DNA of 64,000 nt from Rhodospirillales bacterium (GCA_028823885.1 JAPPFK010000152.1:293-64292), one strand, 5' to 3'. Shown: positions 1-9,395, counted from the stretch's first letter. Notes: a model not told the origin generated them from the letters alone. Numbers and translations: made by a program.

Positions 1-62
1 CACAACATTAAATCCGCGTCACGGACGATTGCGGTCGGCCGTCAAAGGCGTTAAGGGGTCCC

Positions 63-1352
63 ATGCCCCGCCGCCTCGCCCTCGACGTCCTCGACGATAT
101 CCTGATCCGCAAGAAGTCCCTGGATGACGCGTTTGCGGAGGCCCGCCGCCTGAACGATCTGGCGCCGCGGGACCGGGGCCTCGCCCGGCGGCTGGTTTCC
201 GAGACCCTGCGCCGCCTGGGCCAACTCGATGACATCATCGACCGGCTCCTCGAGCGCCCGCTTCCCCGCAAGGTCCGGCCGGTGCGCCAGGTCCTGCGCC
301 TCGGCCTCAGTCAGCTTCTGTTTCTCGACACCCCCGCCCACGCGGCGGTCGACACCAGCGTCGAACTGGCCGCCGCCCGCGGGATGTTCGCCCACAAGGC
401 GCTGGTCAACGCCATCCTGCGCCGTGGGGCGCGGGAAGGAAGCGACCTCGTCGCCCGGCAGGACGCGGCGGTCCTCAACACCCCGGCCTGGCTGCGGGAA
501 AGGTGGGCGGCGGCCTACGGGGAGGCGGTATGCCGGGAGATCTGCCTTGCCCACCTGAATGAACCGCCGCTGGACGTCACCGCCAAGACCGACCCGGAAG
601 GCGTGGCCGAGGCGCTGGGCGGAGAGCTGCTGCCGGGCGGCACCGTCCGGCTGCGAAGCGCCGGGCCGGTATCCGATCTCCCCGGTTACGGGGACGGCGC
701 GTGGTGGGTTCAGGATGCGGCCGCCGCGCTGCCCGTCCGGCTGCTCGATCCCGAACCGGGCATGCATGTGGCCGACTTATGCGCGGCGCCGGGGGGCAAG
801 ACCGCCCAGCTGGCGGCGGCGGGCGCCCGGGTGACGGCCATCGACCGGTCGGAAAAGCGGCTCGGCACCGTGCGCGCCAATCTCGGCCGCCTCGGGTTGA
901 ACGCGGAGGTGATCTGCGCCGACGCCACGGACTGGCGGCCCGCCGAACCGGTGGACGCCGTGCTGGTCGATGCGCCGTGCAGTTCGACCGGGACAATTCG
1001 GCGTCACCCCGAACTCCCCTGGATCAAGACCGAAACCCAGATGGAGGGCGCGGCCGCCATCCAGCGCCGGTTGCTGGATCACGCCCTCCATATCGTTCGC
1101 CCCGGCGGCCGGGTGGTGTTCGCCACCTGCTCCCTGGAGCCGGCGGAAGGCCGGGACATCGTCTCCGCGGTCCTCGGCGAAGCCGGCGGGCCGCGCGTGC
1201 ATCCGGTGCGAACCGCGGTGCCCGGGGCAACCGAACAAATGATCACCGGCGACGGGATGCTGCGCACGCTTCCCTGTCACCTCGCCGATGTCGGCGGGAT
1301 GGACGGTTTTTTCGCGGCGCGGATCGAGCGAGTGCCGACAAACGACCGCTGA
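63..1352 (+). CDS. rsmB: 16S rRNA (cytosine-C5)-methyltransferase, RsmB/Sun family
   Basis: 429-aa ORF with a NusB-like N-terminus, then a Nop2/Sun methyltransferase core: SAM motif DLCAAPGGKT and the two catalytic-Cys motifs DAPCSSTG and ATCSLEPAEG. Confidence 0.9.
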   Translation: MPRRLALDVLDDILIRKKSLDDAFAEARRLNDLAPRDRGLARRLVSETLRRLGQLDDIIDRLLERPLPRKVRPVRQVLRLGLSQLLFLDTPAHAAVDTSVELAAARGMFAHKALVNAILRRGAREGSDLVARQDAAVLNTPAWLRERWAAAYGEAVCREICLAHLNEPPLDVTAKTDPEGVAEALGGELLPGGTVRLRSAGPVSDLPGYGDGAWWVQDAAAALPVRLLDPEPGMHVADLCAAPGGKTAQLAAAGARVTAIDRSEKRLGTVRANLGRLGLNAEVICADATDWRPAEPVDAVLVDAPCSSTGTIRRHPELPWIKTETQMEGAAAIQRRLLDHALHIVRPGGRVVFATCSLEPAEGRDIVSAVLGEAGGPRVHPVRTAVPGATEQMITGDGMLRTLPCHLADVGGMDGFFAARIERVPTNDR

Positions 1353-1447
1353 GGAGAAGGCCTTGTTCGGGACCGGCAAGGTCCGCATCGGTAACCTTAT
1401 CCTAACCAAAGCCGGCTAGGGTCCGGGTTCGAAGCTGAATTACGAGG

Positions 1448-3163
1448 ATGCGTTTGAACTGGACCAGCGGCCGCAAGGTTTTTGCCGCTCCAGCAGAGGC
1501 GCCTGAATTTGCGGTGAGCGACGGCATTGCAATAGGCACGAACGTGCGCGAGTCGTCCGGCGAGGGTCTGGCGGGATTCGTCAGGCGATCCCTCTATGGG
1601 TCGGGCGCCTACGATATATTCCTGAGAAGCGGGGCGCCGGAGAAGGTTCTGGGAACGCCGCCGGCTCTCCAGGCCGGCGATCCGGAGGCCGGACGGGCCA
1701 TTTTGAACGGCGCGCATACCCGCCACGGCAAGCACGTGCCCCTGCCCATGCTCGCGAAAGCCGACATTTCCGAAACCGGCGTCTCCCGTTACGCCCAGGA
1801 ATTCGGCTGGCTCGCCGACCTCAGGGCCTTGGGGACCGACGAAGCGCGTGAATTCGCCCGCCACGCAGTTGTCGATTGGCTGGATATTTTCGGGCGATGG
1901 CATCCCTATACATGGCGCGCCGAAATCGTCGGCAACCGGCTGGTCAATTGGCTGACCCATTACGGATTCTTTGGCTGGGCCGGGGACGACCTGGCCGCCC
2001 GGCGATTTCTCAAAGTCACCGGCAGCCAGGTCAGTCACCTCTCCAAATGCTACGGCGAGCCGCGGAGCGGTTACGGCCGCCTGGCGGCGGCGAAAGGCCT
2101 GATTTACGCCGGCATCGCACTGTCGGATTGCGGCCGGCACTTGGACACCGGACTGAACGCGATGCGCGAACAGCTCGAGGCGCAAATTCTTCCCGACGGC
2201 GGCCATATCAGCCGAAGCCCGGGCGTCCAGGCCCGGATTCTCGAGGACTTGATATCCATTCGCGACACCTTTCGGGCCGCGCACCTGGACCCGCCCGACT
2301 GGCTGCTCCGGCCGATACCCGAACTCGCGGCGGTGCTTCGGGCGCTGCGGCGGGCGGACGGGGCTCTCGCCGGGTTCAATGGCGGGCCGGCCATTTCCGT
2401 TTCGGAATCGAGCGCCATCCTGTCGGCCTCCAAGTCCCGGGCGGGCGCCGCGCCCGGCGAGCCCCATTCGGGCTTCCACCGTCTGGCGGCCGGCGACAGC
2501 CACCTCATCCTCGATGCCGGCGCGCCGCCGCCGGCTTACGCCCATCCCTGGGGCCACGCGGGCACGCTTGCGTTCGAGCTGGTCTCGGGCAAGGAACCGT
2601 TGATCGTCAACTGCGGGTCAGGCATGGACGGCGACCCGCACTGGCGGGAGGCGCTCAGAACCTCGGCCGCCCACTCCACCGTCATCGTCGATGAGACCAA
2701 CTCCTCCGAAATCGATTCCGCGGGAGGCTTCAGCCGCCGTTGCACGAATGTGTCGGCAAGCCGGCGGGAGGCCGGCAACCGCGTCATTCTGGAAGCTTCC
2801 CATGACGGCTATCTCCTTCCCTTCGGGCTGACCCATCGCCGGCTGATCATGATGGCGCCGTCGGGCGAAGACATCCGCGGCGAAGACAATCTGATCGGGG
2901 CCGGCGGAGAGACTTTCGCGGCGCGGTTTCACCTCCATCCCGGCGTTCAGGCTTCCATGCTGGCGAACGGCCGGAGCGTCCTGCTGAAGCTGCGGCGCAG
3001 CGGCTGGCGGTTCGATGCCTCGGAATATCCCGTGCGCCTCGAGGACAGCGTATTTCGAACGCCCGACGGCCGTACGCGGCGGTCACGGCAAGTCGTGATC
3101 CGAGGCGGTCTGGATGGAACCGGCGCAACAATTCGCTGGCGTCTGTCGCGGCTGGCCCGCTAA
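1448..3163 (+). CDS. heparinase II/III-family protein (copy 1)
   Basis: 571-aa ORF with ATG preceded by GAGG. The C-terminal half shows the heparinase II/III-like pattern (HAGTLAFELVSGKEPLIVNCGSG, AAHSTVIVDE). A paralog lies at 22983-24647. Confidence 0.7.
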   Translation: MRLNWTSGRKVFAAPAEAPEFAVSDGIAIGTNVRESSGEGLAGFVRRSLYGSGAYDIFLRSGAPEKVLGTPPALQAGDPEAGRAILNGAHTRHGKHVPLPMLAKADISETGVSRYAQEFGWLADLRALGTDEAREFARHAVVDWLDIFGRWHPYTWRAEIVGNRLVNWLTHYGFFGWAGDDLAARRFLKVTGSQVSHLSKCYGEPRSGYGRLAAAKGLIYAGIALSDCGRHLDTGLNAMREQLEAQILPDGGHISRSPGVQARILEDLISIRDTFRAAHLDPPDWLLRPIPELAAVLRALRRADGALAGFNGGPAISVSESSAILSASKSRAGAAPGEPHSGFHRLAAGDSHLILDAGAPPPAYAHPWGHAGTLAFELVSGKEPLIVNCGSGMDGDPHWREALRTSAAHSTVIVDETNSSEIDSAGGFSRRCTNVSASRREAGNRVILEASHDGYLLPFGLTHRRLIMMAPSGEDIRGEDNLIGAGGETFAARFHLHPGVQASMLANGRSVLLKLRRSGWRFDASEYPVRLEDSVFRTPDGRTRRSRQVVIRGGLDGTGATIRWRLSRLAR

Positions 3164-3207
3164 CATCCCGCGCGTCGTCCCCGCCATCAGCCGGCCGCAA
3201 TCCCCGC

Positions 3208-3507
3208 ATGAACCAAACCGCCGCCCAACTGCTGGAGAAGATCGAAAACCGCGGCGCGCGGGTCGGCGTCGTCGGAATGGGTTACGTCGGCCTGCCGCTG
3301 GCGCTCCTGTTCGCAAAGGCGGGCTTCAAGGTGGTGGGGCTCGACATCGACCAAGCCAAGGCGGACTCCCTCAATCGGGGGGAAAGCTACATCTCCCATA
3401 TTCCATCGGCGGAGATCGTCCGGCTGTTTGTCGACGGAACCGTGCCGTGGTTCCGTCAAAACACGACCCGATCTAGCCGGGAGCTTTTTTCTCCGGCGAT
3501 CGTTTGA
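3208..3507 (+). pseudogene. 5' remnant of a nucleotide-sugar dehydrogenase (UDP-glucose/GDP-mannose dehydrogenase family)
   Basis: Only 99 codons. The first ~70 aa are a typical N-terminal Rossmann fold (RVGVVGMGYVGLPLALLFAKAGFKVVGLDIDQAKADSLNRGESYISHI), then family-like sequence stops. The 3' end is overlapped by the converging gene at 3473-4756. Full-length members have ~400+ aa. Confidence 0.7.
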
Positions 3508-4756
3508 GACTAAACGCCATTGCCATGGCGCAAATCCACAATGTGCTCTGCCACCAATTTTGCCACGCGCCATAGGCGGTGAACGCGACAACCGCGCCGG
3601 ACACCAACATGCCCAGAAACAGATCCCGCGCGATTGGCGCCGCCGTCATCCGCCAAGCCGAAATCACCAACGCCGCGACCAGGCCGGAAAAGTACATCAG
3701 GCCGGCCAAGCCCAATTCGAGCCAAATCTGGAGGGCCATGTTATGGGGATGAAGCGGGAGGGGGTGGGCCAATCCTCGATAGACCATCTCGCCCCGTCGA
3801 TCGACCTCGACGACAGACGGGTCGAACCTCGCCCCGAGCGCGCGGGATGCGTCAAAACCATGACCAAGCAATGGCCGGTCCCGAATCAAGTCGCCGGCCG
3901 CATCCCAAATGATCAGCCGGTGATAGGCGGAACCGGACAACCTCGGAAACTCATCGACATGGCGCTGTAGCGGAGAGAACGAAATCATCAGCAGCGGCGC
4001 CGCCACGACGGCCAGCACGACCAATGTGGGAACCAACGCCGGGACCCATCTCCTCATCAATCGTGAAGCCAGGACGGCGCCGACGCCGATTGCGACGGCG
4101 GTGATGCCGACGTCGGCTTCGGCCAGGTAAACGGCGGCGATCAACAGGCCCGCCAAAAGGATCGTGGCGGCGGCCCTGCCGTCACGCACGGTCAGGCAGA
4201 CCGCCGGCCAGGTCAGCAGCGTCAGCACCGTGATCCCGTTGTTGAGCAGGCGTTTCGACGCTTCCCCGGTCAACTCGGCCGGATCGCCAACGAGCGCCCG
4301 AAGGTTCAAGCTGATCCAGGCGCCCGTCAGCAACTCGAATACGGCCAGCAGCAGCGCGGCCAACACGCCGATGACCAAAAACCGCTCCAGGGTTGCGGCG
4401 CCCTCCTGGTCGAGGCTGAGGCCGGCGCGAACCAGAACAATGCCTGCGAAAAACACGGCGAATATGGAGGGCACCGTCCGCAGGGTCCTCGCGGGCTCTA
4501 TCGCCCAGACGGCGCTGAGGGCGCAAAGGGCTGCAAACAGCAACAAATAGAGCGCCCATCCGTCCAGCCGGCCCATAAGAGGGCGCCGGGATTTCAGCGA
4601 CTCCCAGATCACCCCCACGGCAGCGACCGCCAACACGACCGTCAGGCCCTTTGGCGCAAACAAGCCGACGGGTCCCGCTAAAAGACAGGCCGCCGACAAG
4701 AAACCGCTGCGGTCCGGAAATTTCGCCCCCAGGAAGCGATGGGGTGGAGCCCTCAT
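3473..4756 (-). CDS. O-antigen ligase/polymerase family membrane protein (Wzy_C-type)
   Basis: 427-aa polytopic membrane ORF with the family loop motif HPHNMALQIWLELGLAGL. Confidence 0.75.
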   Translation of the reverse strand: MRAPPHRFLGAKFPDRSGFLSAACLLAGPVGLFAPKGLTVVLAVAAVGVIWESLKSRRPLMGRLDGWALYLLLFAALCALSAVWAIEPARTLRTVPSIFAVFFAGIVLVRAGLSLDQEGAATLERFLVIGVLAALLLAVFELLTGAWISLNLRALVGDPAELTGEASKRLLNNGITVLTLLTWPAVCLTVRDGRAAATILLAGLLIAAVYLAEADVGITAVAIGVGAVLASRLMRRWVPALVPTLVVLAVVAAPLLMISFSPLQRHVDEFPRLSGSAYHRLIIWDAAGDLIRDRPLLGHGFDASRALGARFDPSVVEVDRRGEMVYRGLAHPLPLHPHNMALQIWLELGLAGLMYFSGLVAALVISAWRMTAAPIARDLFLGMLVSGAVVAFTAYGAWQNWWQSTLWICAMAMAFSLKRSPEKKAPG

Positions 4757-5123
4757 GAAGCCTTACCCGAAACCAAAATCATCTCCATTTGCCTGCCGCC
4801 CGACGACGGCGGCGACGCCCTCTGTGATTGACCTGACGCTCGCTGGAGTACAGACCGCTTGTCACTCCACAACCACCGCCAAACGGTCCGCCGCCTTGAT
4901 GCTCGGGCAGCTAGGGACGGAGACCTCCGCACCGGTATTGATAGCTCAATCCAAACATGCGGGCAAACGGCGCCCCGGATTCCGGGGCAGCTGCAACAGC
5001 GGCCGCGCCGCCCGCAGTTCCATTTCGCCCGGCGCGGGCCGGGGCGGGCCGTCGGGTCTGTCCAGCCTCGAACGGATGAGCCTGAAAAATGCAGCAAGAT
5101 CAAGAACTAATCTCCAAGGGGCG

Positions 5124-5153
5124 TTGACGTTCACAATCTGAACAAGATATAGT
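5124..5153 (+). promoter_or_regulatory. candidate sigma70-type promoter upstream of the regulator/antiterminator pair
   Basis: TTGACG (5124-5129), 18 nt, TATAGT (5148-5153), in an AT-rich patch ~40 nt upstream of the 5191 start. Sequence pattern only. Confidence 0.3.
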
Positions 5154-5190
5154 TCACCAAATGAACACAAATTGATGTGGATTTGGTCCG

Positions 5191-5835
5191 GTGTCGCAAA
5201 ACCTAGACAACGAAGCTCCGGAGAACACGACCGTCACCCTTGGGGTGCTGAGCGCCGTCAGCGACAACAGCCGCGTAACTCAGCGCATGCTGGCGAACGA
5301 TCTGGGCATCGCACTGGGTTTGGTCAACTCCTACCTCAAACGCTGCGTCCGGAAGGGTTACATCAAAGTCCGGCAAGTCCCCAAGAATCGGTTCGCCTAT
5401 TACCTGACTCCCGAGGGGTTTTACGAGAAAAGCCGTTTGACGGCCGAGTTCCTTTCACAGTCTCTGAAATTCTATCGCATCGCCCGGAATCAGTGCACCG
5501 AACACCTCGAAGCCTGCGTCGCCAACGGTTGGCATTCGATCATCTTGGTTGGGTCGGGCGATCTTGCGGAAATCGCCGCCATCTGCGCCCAGAATTACCA
5601 GGTGGAGGTGCTTGGCGTGTTGTCCCCGGACGGCGCCGCAAGTGCCGTCCCCGGTCAGAAGGCTCTTTCGGATCTGGACGACCTGAAGAAAGCCGATGCG
5701 GTCATTTTCACCGATATGCAAGCCTCGCCTGATCTGCTGCGCGAGGTCGAGGCGCGGGTTTCAAGGGCGCGAATATTCGTTCCTCCGATTTTGAGTTTGC
5801 CGCTTGAGCAGATTCGCGGTCTGGACGATGCCTAG
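5191..5835 (+). CDS. winged-helix transcriptional regulator of the EPS-associated MarR-like type
   Basis: 214 aa. The N-terminal wHTH (VTQRMLANDLGIALGLVNSYLKRCVRKGYIKVRQVPKNRFAYYLTPEG) resembles regulators found at exopolysaccharide loci. Its stop overlaps the next gene's start (TAGTG). Confidence 0.6.
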   Translation: MSQNLDNEAPENTTVTLGVLSAVSDNSRVTQRMLANDLGIALGLVNSYLKRCVRKGYIKVRQVPKNRFAYYLTPEGFYEKSRLTAEFLSQSLKFYRIARNQCTEHLEACVANGWHSIILVGSGDLAEIAAICAQNYQVEVLGVLSPDGAASAVPGQKALSDLDDLKKADAVIFTDMQASPDLLREVEARVSRARIFVPPILSLPLEQIRGLDDA

Positions 5836-6341
5836 TGATGTCCAATTGGTACGCCATCTTCACCCACGCCCGTGCCGAGCAAAAGGCGCTGTTCAATCTC
5901 GAGCGGCAAGGGTTTCAATCGTTCTTTCCCAAATATCGCAAACGGCGGCGCCACGCCCGGCGCGTCGAAACGGTCTCGTCTCCGCTTTTTCCACGTTACG
6001 TTTTCGTTTGGCTGGATATCGATCGGCAGCCGTGGCGGTCAATCAATTCGACCTTGGGCGTTCAAGGAATTGTTTGCCAGGGTGAGAAACCCGCGCCGTT
6101 ACCAGAGGGAATCGTAGAGGAACTGATCTCCCGCCAGGACGAGCAGGGCTGTGTCGGCCTAAGCGGCAACACCTCGATCGCCCGAGGGCGGCCTGTGGAG
6201 ATCACCGACGGTCCATTTGCCGACTGCGTCGCCATCGTCGATCGGTTGCTGGACGAGGACAGGCTGGTCGTACTGCTCGATCTCCTGGGGCGTCGGGTCA
6301 AGGTGCAAGTTCAGGCCCGCGCGGTTATCGCCGCGGTTTGA
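5835..6341 (+). CDS. NusG-family transcription antiterminator, RfaH-like paralog
   Basis: 168 aa with an NGN domain (WYAIFTHARAEQKALFNLERQGFQSFFPKY, PLFPRYVFVWLD) and a KOW-like C-terminus (GRPVEITDGPFADCVAIVD). Start is GTG 5835 or ATG 5838. Confidence 0.75.
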   Translation: MMSNWYAIFTHARAEQKALFNLERQGFQSFFPKYRKRRRHARRVETVSSPLFPRYVFVWLDIDRQPWRSINSTLGVQGIVCQGEKPAPLPEGIVEELISRQDEQGCVGLSGNTSIARGRPVEITDGPFADCVAIVDRLLDEDRLVVLLDLLGRRVKVQVQARAVIAAV

Positions 6342-6360
6342 ACGTCGTGCACTGGGCGCG

Positions 6361-6397
6361 CTCCGGGTGAGCTTTTCACCCGGAGTGCGGTAGCGTG
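6361..6397 (+). promoter_or_regulatory. hairpin plus ops-like (RfaH recruitment/pause) element
   Basis: A perfect 10-bp stem, CTCCGGGTGA-gcttt-TCACCCGGAG (6361-6385), is followed directly by TGCGGTAGCGTG (6386-6397). That is 11/12 identical to E. coli ops GGCGGTAGCGTG, with the core GCGGTAGCG intact. It is in sense orientation, 20 nt after the RfaH-like gene's stop and 21 nt before the ATG at 6418. Confidence 0.45.
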
Positions 6398-6417
6398 GAA
6401 AAACCTCCCGGCCACAA

Positions 6418-6567
6418 ATGGATGCGACGGTGAGTCAAGATCCCGACGTTTCGGTGATCGTTCCGGTTCACAACCAGGGATGCAATGTACACCGATGTCT
6501 TCGTTCAGTCCTCGACCAACCCTCAACGCGGACGACTGCGTCCATCGGGAATATCCGGACACGCTGA
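6418..6567 (+). pseudogene. 5' remnant of a family-2 glycosyltransferase
   Basis: My own translation (49 codons, below the ORF-track cutoff): MDATVSQDPDVSVIVPVHNQGCNVHRCLRSVLDQPSTRTTASIGNIRTR*. The first ~35 aa match the canonical GT2 N-terminus (VSVIVPVxN, CLxSVLxQ). The expected DDGS(T)D segment is absent. Confidence 0.5.
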
Positions 6568-6610
6568 TGCCGCATCTGCGAAGCGATACAGCCGCGAGGA
6601 ACGAGTTTCC

Positions 6611-7294
6611 TTAAGCGGGAGGAATTACGAGATCCACGACCTCGGACAGCGAATCAATCCGGAAGTCCGCCATTTCCCGCTCGGATTCGTCTTTGGCATA
6701 CCCGTAGTTGACGCCGATTGACGGAACACCGGCGTCTCGGGCCGCGAGAAAATCGCTGCGGCTGTCACCGACAAATACACTCGAGTGAGCGGGCGTCTCC
6801 ATGAGTGACAGCGTCTCCAGGAGGTGGCGGCCGTCGGGTTTGGGGTAGGTGACATTGTCGCCGCCGGTAACGCCGCAAAACATATGGCTGAGCCCCAGCT
6901 CGCTGAGAACCACGAGGATCATCTCGTAGGGCTTGTTGGAACAGATGCCGAGCTTCAGTCCAGCCGACAAAAGCGCCCTCAGCGCCTCTTCGGCGGTTGG
7001 GTAAATCACCGTCTTCTCAACGGGCCGCGCCCGATACTGTTCGATGAACATGTCGACCGCGGCCTCCACTTGCCCGGCTGCCGCCTCCTCGCCCGTTGCG
7101 GTGAACGCACCCTCGATCATGTACCGAGCGCCATGCCCAACCAGCGCCCGAACCCCATCCAGCGCCAAAGCCGGCCGGTCAAACTCGGCCAGCATCCTAT
7201 TGAGCGCCGCGGCGACATCGGGAACACTGTCGACAAGGGTGCCGTCGAAATCAAAAACCACGGACGCGCGCGATCCAAGTGCCGGAATAGCCAT
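6611..7294 (-). CDS. gph: HAD-family phosphoglycolate phosphatase
   Basis: 227 aa with HAD motif I VVFDFDGTLVDS, then CSNKP and FVGDSRSDFLAARDAG. This is the intact copy of the repeated segment. Confidence 0.8.
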   Translation of the reverse strand: MAIPALGSRASVVFDFDGTLVDSVPDVAAALNRMLAEFDRPALALDGVRALVGHGARYMIEGAFTATGEEAAAGQVEAAVDMFIEQYRARPVEKTVIYPTAEEALRALLSAGLKLGICSNKPYEMILVVLSELGLSHMFCGVTGGDNVTYPKPDGRHLLETLSLMETPAHSSVFVGDSRSDFLAARDAGVPSIGVNYGYAKDESEREMADFRIDSLSEVVDLVIPPA

Positions 7295-7386
7295 TGCAAT
7301 CCTCAGCCTCCTGCTTATTCAGATGACAGATCGGTATCGAGCTTTCAAGCGGCGCAAGGCCGCCCAATCCGGAACCTCACTGATCG
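6724..7386. repeat. direct repeat, copy 1 (most of gph plus 92 bp upstream)
   Basis: 6963-7386 is identical base for base, by eye, to 31243-31666 (424 bp). 6724-6775 matches 31200-31251 with 4 mismatches. Copy 2 lacks 196 bp of copy 1, bounded by the 8-bp microhomology CCGACAAA at 6768-6775 and 6964-6971. Confidence 0.9.
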
Positions 7387-7490
7387 AGGTAACCGGAAGC
7401 CGAGACGTTCTGGAAGCAGCGATCCGATATTCAAGACCTGGGGCGCAAAGTGATTCTTGCGCCGGAATGGACTGAAGCAGGCGCCGCCTG

Positions 7491-9236
7491 ATGGTTGTCC
7501 ACGCCTTTTGCGTCAACGAGTTTTCCGTGTGGAGGATGCTGTGGTATCTGCTCCTCGGGCGGCGGGTCAGAATTCTAGCGGTTTTCGCAATCTACACGGC
7601 CTTCGATCGTCCGCTGCGGTGGCTGGTCGACCGCCTGACGGCGAAGGGCCGAATCGCACGGCTGGGCGATGACATCGAAGCGCTGGCGCCTCTGCAGGAC
7701 GATCCGGCCCGGGCGCTGCTCAGCGACTATTTCAACCGGATTGAACCGTGGCTCGAGAACTACTTCGGGTTCGGCGATCCGGATCCGGGCCACAGCGGCT
7801 ATCATCGCGCCTTTCAGCATCTGACGTGCAACTACATTGCGCTCCAGGCGGTCCAGATCGTTGCGCCGAGCATAGCGGCGGCGCGCTCTCCGGAAACGCA
7901 AGTCCGGTTTTACGGCTATCCAAGGGACATCGCGGCGGCGGCATGCGCGTTCGCGGGCCGGGACGCCCTGCCGCAAATTACCACGATGAGGCCGCCCGAT
8001 CGATTGCTCAACCTCCTGTTCAGTCTGGCGCTCGCCGCCTATTCCGCCGCCTGGCTGACGGTGCGCGTCCGGGCTTCACTGGCTCCGCCGGCCAGGATTT
8101 CGATGGCCTATGATTATCTTGATGATCCCACCCAGGCCGCCTTGTATCGGGAACTGGCCGGGTTGGGACCGTTTCTTCTGGTCCCGCGAAACAAGCCGCT
8201 GGCGCAAGAGGCGGAGCAACTCGACCTGCCGCCGCACAACCGGCGCACCATAACGGAGGGCCGATTCGGTTTTCTCGACGCGATCAAATGTTTCGGCGAA
8301 GCCGGACGGGACTGGCGGCAAATCCGGCGCCGTTACGGTTCCTGCTCCGCCCGCCATTTTCGTGAAGTAGCCGGTTTGGTTTACCGCCGCCTGGAGTATC
8401 GCGGCCTGTTTAATCTTTATGAGCCCAGGGTTTATTGGGGCCGGGACGGCTACTCGGCCGCGCACATTATCCGCCGCCAGGAACTCGCCCGGTTCGGCGG
8501 CGAGTCCTGGGGCGTATCTCATAGCTATTTTGCCCTTTCCGATTGCTATCCGGAATTTCGTTATTTGAACTTTGACCGCTACTACGTCATGGACCGGTCA
8601 ACAATTGAACGCTCATATGGCGAGAAATGGCCGGACTCCATGACGGTGGTCGGGGCTCAGCCGTTCAGGATGTCCCCGGCGCTAACCCGAGAAAGTCATT
8701 GTCCGAAACCGCCCGATATTCTTATCCTGTCGTCGGTTTCAATCTGGTCGCCGGCCTTTGTCCGGGCGGCGAGGGAAATCGCCGAGGCGTTCAGCGACCG
8801 GACCGTCAGGGTTCAGGTCAAACATAATCGCCAGCATCTGGACGCATGCCGGGAATTCCTCGACGCCGTCACCAAGGGTCTGGATCACACCGAAATTGTC
8901 ACCGAAAGGTCTCCCTACGCGCTATTTCCGCAATCCCGCTACACGGTCAGCGATCCGTCAACCGCGGCGGTAGAGTCGATCGTCAGCGGTTGCTACGGCT
9001 TCGTCTTGAACGTTGAGGAGGCCCAGTTGACCAACCCCTTGCGCCATCTGGACGGCGTTTGCGTAACGTCCGGGCCGGAAGCCGTTTCCCGGATCAAGGC
9101 GATCGAAAACGGGGAATGGGAGTATCCTTCCAAAGCCATTGCCGAGCATCTGGATATGTCCGGCACCGCTTTTCCGGACGTCATTCGCAGAGATTTCGGC
9201 CTGCCGCCCGCGGGTTTGGAGGCACGGCGATCATGA
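7491..9236 (+). CDS. hypothetical protein (581 aa), possible polysaccharide-biosynthesis enzyme
   Basis: Long ORF with an ATG start, first gene after the gph repeat. The C-terminal half has an alternating strand/helix Rossmann-like pattern (DILILSSVSIWSPAF, VRVQVKHN, SDPSTAAVESIVSGCYGFVL) reminiscent of GT-B or capsule-synthesis proteins. No diagnostic motif was recognised. Confidence 0.45.
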   Translation: MVVHAFCVNEFSVWRMLWYLLLGRRVRILAVFAIYTAFDRPLRWLVDRLTAKGRIARLGDDIEALAPLQDDPARALLSDYFNRIEPWLENYFGFGDPDPGHSGYHRAFQHLTCNYIALQAVQIVAPSIAAARSPETQVRFYGYPRDIAAAACAFAGRDALPQITTMRPPDRLLNLLFSLALAAYSAAWLTVRVRASLAPPARISMAYDYLDDPTQAALYRELAGLGPFLLVPRNKPLAQEAEQLDLPPHNRRTITEGRFGFLDAIKCFGEAGRDWRQIRRRYGSCSARHFREVAGLVYRRLEYRGLFNLYEPRVYWGRDGYSAAHIIRRQELARFGGESWGVSHSYFALSDCYPEFRYLNFDRYYVMDRSTIERSYGEKWPDSMTVVGAQPFRMSPALTRESHCPKPPDILILSSVSIWSPAFVRAAREIAEAFSDRTVRVQVKHNRQHLDACREFLDAVTKGLDHTEIVTERSPYALFPQSRYTVSDPSTAAVESIVSGCYGFVLNVEEAQLTNPLRHLDGVCVTSGPEAVSRIKAIENGEWEYPSKAIAEHLDMSGTAFPDVIRRDFGLPPAGLEARRS

Positions 9237-9395
9237 CGAGCTACGAGCACGAACGTGCAAGCGACCGTGTTGCCGAGGCGTGGCCCATTATCGCCAGCAT
9301 CCAACTCCTAACACGAAGGATCGCAAGGGCTTGATATTCATGAATTCATTGGCGAAAATACGTCTGTTCCGATACGCCGATTCGGGTCGGACTCT

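Noticed and set aside
1415-1440. GGGTTCGAAGC string resembling a tRNA T-loop in the rsmB / heparinase-like spacer.
   Set aside because: No acceptor, D or anticodon stems can be drawn around it, and the spacer (1353-1447) is too short and lacks the complementary 5' and 3' ends.
8966-8977. Second ops-like string, GGCGGTAGAGTC.
   Set aside because: It lies inside the coding sequence of the 7491-9236 ORF, lacks the terminal G of the GGCGGTAGnnTG consensus, and has no leader context. It is most likely a chance match in GC-rich DNA.
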